A stretch of 32,000 bases of DNA from Pyrolobus fumarii 1A (GTDB taxonomy: Archaea; Thermoproteota; Thermoprotei_A; Sulfolobales; Pyrodictiaceae). The stretch lies in NCBI RefSeq assembly GCF_000223395.1, contig NC_015931.1, positions 1,200,001-1,232,000 on the forward strand. The letters run 5' to 3'. The notes under the pieces were generated by a model. It worked only from the letters and a program-made list of their open reading frames with translations, did not search any database and was not told where the DNA came from. This document shows, in pieces, positions 30,709 to 32,000 of the stretch. The position numbers and the translations under genes were made by a program. The first letter of the stretch is position 1. Every line of letters starts with the position of its first letter.

Positions 30709-32000
30709 CTAGTGTATCGTCCTTGATGCGAATCTCTTTGCAATTCTCCACTTTACTGTATAGTCTGCCTCGCTGAGCTTTACACCCAATATCCTCTCTA
30801 TAGCTCGTCTCGGCGTGCCACGTTGCAAAGGCAGACCGAGAAGAGCGAACTGAACCCCCCCAATAATAACCGGGTTAACTACTCGAAGCTTCATGTTAAT
30901 ATTGAACCCGGCATCCTGAAGAGCATCCATGGGATACACAGAGAAGACACCATCTGGGTGATGATCGGGAGTCAATCTTTCAGTTATAATGTCACTTGAA
31001 TAGTAATGAGATATCGTATAGCCTTTATCATGATCAGGTAACACGATAACATGCGGATACCTCTCATTGAACGGGCCCGGGTCATAGAACTCTCGTGGCT
31101 CGACAAGACGTACACCCTCTATCTCAGACAATATGCGGATAACATGATCTATAAGCTCAGCCTTACGTACAACAACACCATACATATGACATGGTTGTAA
31201 GGCTTCAGAATTAACCCAATCTAGAAACATACTACGCATCACCACCTTGCTTCTCGTCATCCTTGAAACGAGTCTAGCAGCTCGCCTCGCTACACCTCTA
31301 AGCCGAAGCCTCTCAAGTAAATACACTAATCTAGGGTTGACACAGAGCACTGTACGTTTGTGCAGCTCAGGTGTATGCGGGGGTGCCCTGGTGGGGTCAC
31401 TGGTAAAGCGCGCCAATCCAGCCTTGTGCAGTGCCACGTTGACATGTATAACACGCTTGTATAGTGTAAAGCCGTGGTCCGATACAACCATTACCACATC
31501 GAACTTCGATAGACCTTCCTCTACAATTGCATCGATAGCTTCAAGGAATAGCTTCTCACCCTCAACGAACCTCTCTACTGCATCCGGACATACATGCAAA
31601 AGCCTATCCGGATAGTTAGTCGCGATCCAGACATAATCAAAGTTTTCAGCTTTCTCTAGAAGCTCGAGATAACCATTAGCAATAGCAGCATAATCTTCTA
31701 CATCACACTTCTCGGGAGCTGGTGCCTCGCGAGGGAATAGCCGGGCATATCTCTTAACAAATTCACCATGGTAGACTAACTTGTGCGAAAACATTTCCAA
31801 TGACAATACATTGAGGTTTTTTACTGGTATTATTGGCGTACTTGGCACTGGGTTAACAACCAACACCCTACGACCCATCATAGCAGCCACTTCGAATATC
31901 CGCGGTACTTCAAGATCATATGCCGTCACAAGCTGCCCATCTAACGTGTGGAAATCTATGATTCCATGTTGCGACGGACGTAGCCCAGTCTCTATGCTTG
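30709..32000 (-). CDS. Alkaline-phosphatase-superfamily protein (type I phosphodiesterase/nucleotide pyrophosphatase-like), 5'-truncated by the window edge
   Basis: VVMVVSDHGF is the metal-site motif of this superfamily. Upstream of the listed GTG 31929 the frame stays open to nt 32000 and encodes SIETGLRPSQHGIIDF, which fits the TG-x2-P-x2-HG motif of this superfamily. The gene therefore starts beyond the window. Confidence 0.7.
   Translation of the reverse strand, partial: SIETGLRPSQHGIIDFHTLDGQLVTAYDLEVPRIFEVAAMMGRRVLVVNPVPSTPIIPVKNLNVLSLEMFSHKLVYHGEFVKRYARLFPREAPAPEKCDVEDYAAIANGYLELLEKAENFDYVWIATNYPDRLLHVCPDAVERFVEGEKLFLEAIDAIVEEGLSKFDVVMVVSDHGFTLYKRVIHVNVALHKAGLARFTSDPTRAPPHTPELHKRTVLCVNPRLVYLLERLRLRGVARRAARLVSRMTRSKVVMRSMFLDWVNSEALQPCHMYGVVVRKAELIDHVIRILSEIEGVRLVEPREFYDPGPFNERYPHVIVLPDHDKGYTISHYYSSDIITERLTPDHHPDGVFSVYPMDALQDAGFNINMKLRVVNPVIIGGVQFALLGLPLQRGTPRRAIERILGVKLSEADYTVKWRIAKRFASRTIH

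Noticed and set aside
1-32000. A search for CRISPR arrays, IS/transposase or integrase genes, rRNA/tRNA genes, inteins and toxin-antitoxin or restriction-type defence genes.
   Set aside because: I saw no regularly spaced direct repeats, no recombinase or nuclease defence motifs, and no tRNA-like cloverleaf. RtcB and the other large proteins are contiguous, with no intein blocks. This was an inspection by eye, not an exhaustive computation.

Overview
The window is a gene-dense stretch of archaeal chromosome, about 30 CDS, with many TTG/GTG starts and several overlapping gene ends. The gene content points to a hyperthermophilic crenarchaeon (inference only): a short helicase-less XPF, an EndA subunit that looks non-catalytic, archaeal-type riboflavin synthase, RtcB and TmcA. 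I recognised no rRNA, tRNA, CRISPR array, transposase or integrase. Most genes are housekeeping: hisS, pheT, citrate synthase, aspartate kinase, ribB/ribC, pstB/phoU, feoB, inositol-phosphate synthase and an MtnA-like isomerase. The most interesting observations are these. (1) tRNA cutting, joining and modifying genes are concentrated here: endA-like, hisS, rtcB and tmcA in one co-directional array, plus taw3, pheT and a second, compositionally very different tmcA paralogue. (2) A minimal stand-alone RNA/DNA-ligase-like nucleotidyltransferase has an N-terminus that must be encoded inside the 3' tail of a DtxR-family regulator gene. (3) A 14-nt motif, TAGG-N4-CCTAAC, occurs between the TATA-like element and the start codon of both the DtxR-like gene and feoB, which makes it a candidate metalloregulator operator. 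(4) An unlisted 53-aa C2H2 zinc-finger ORF lies at 12886-13047. (5) pstB and phoU sit without permease genes in a tight array with ribB and ribC. All functional calls come from motif recognition by eye, with no database search.
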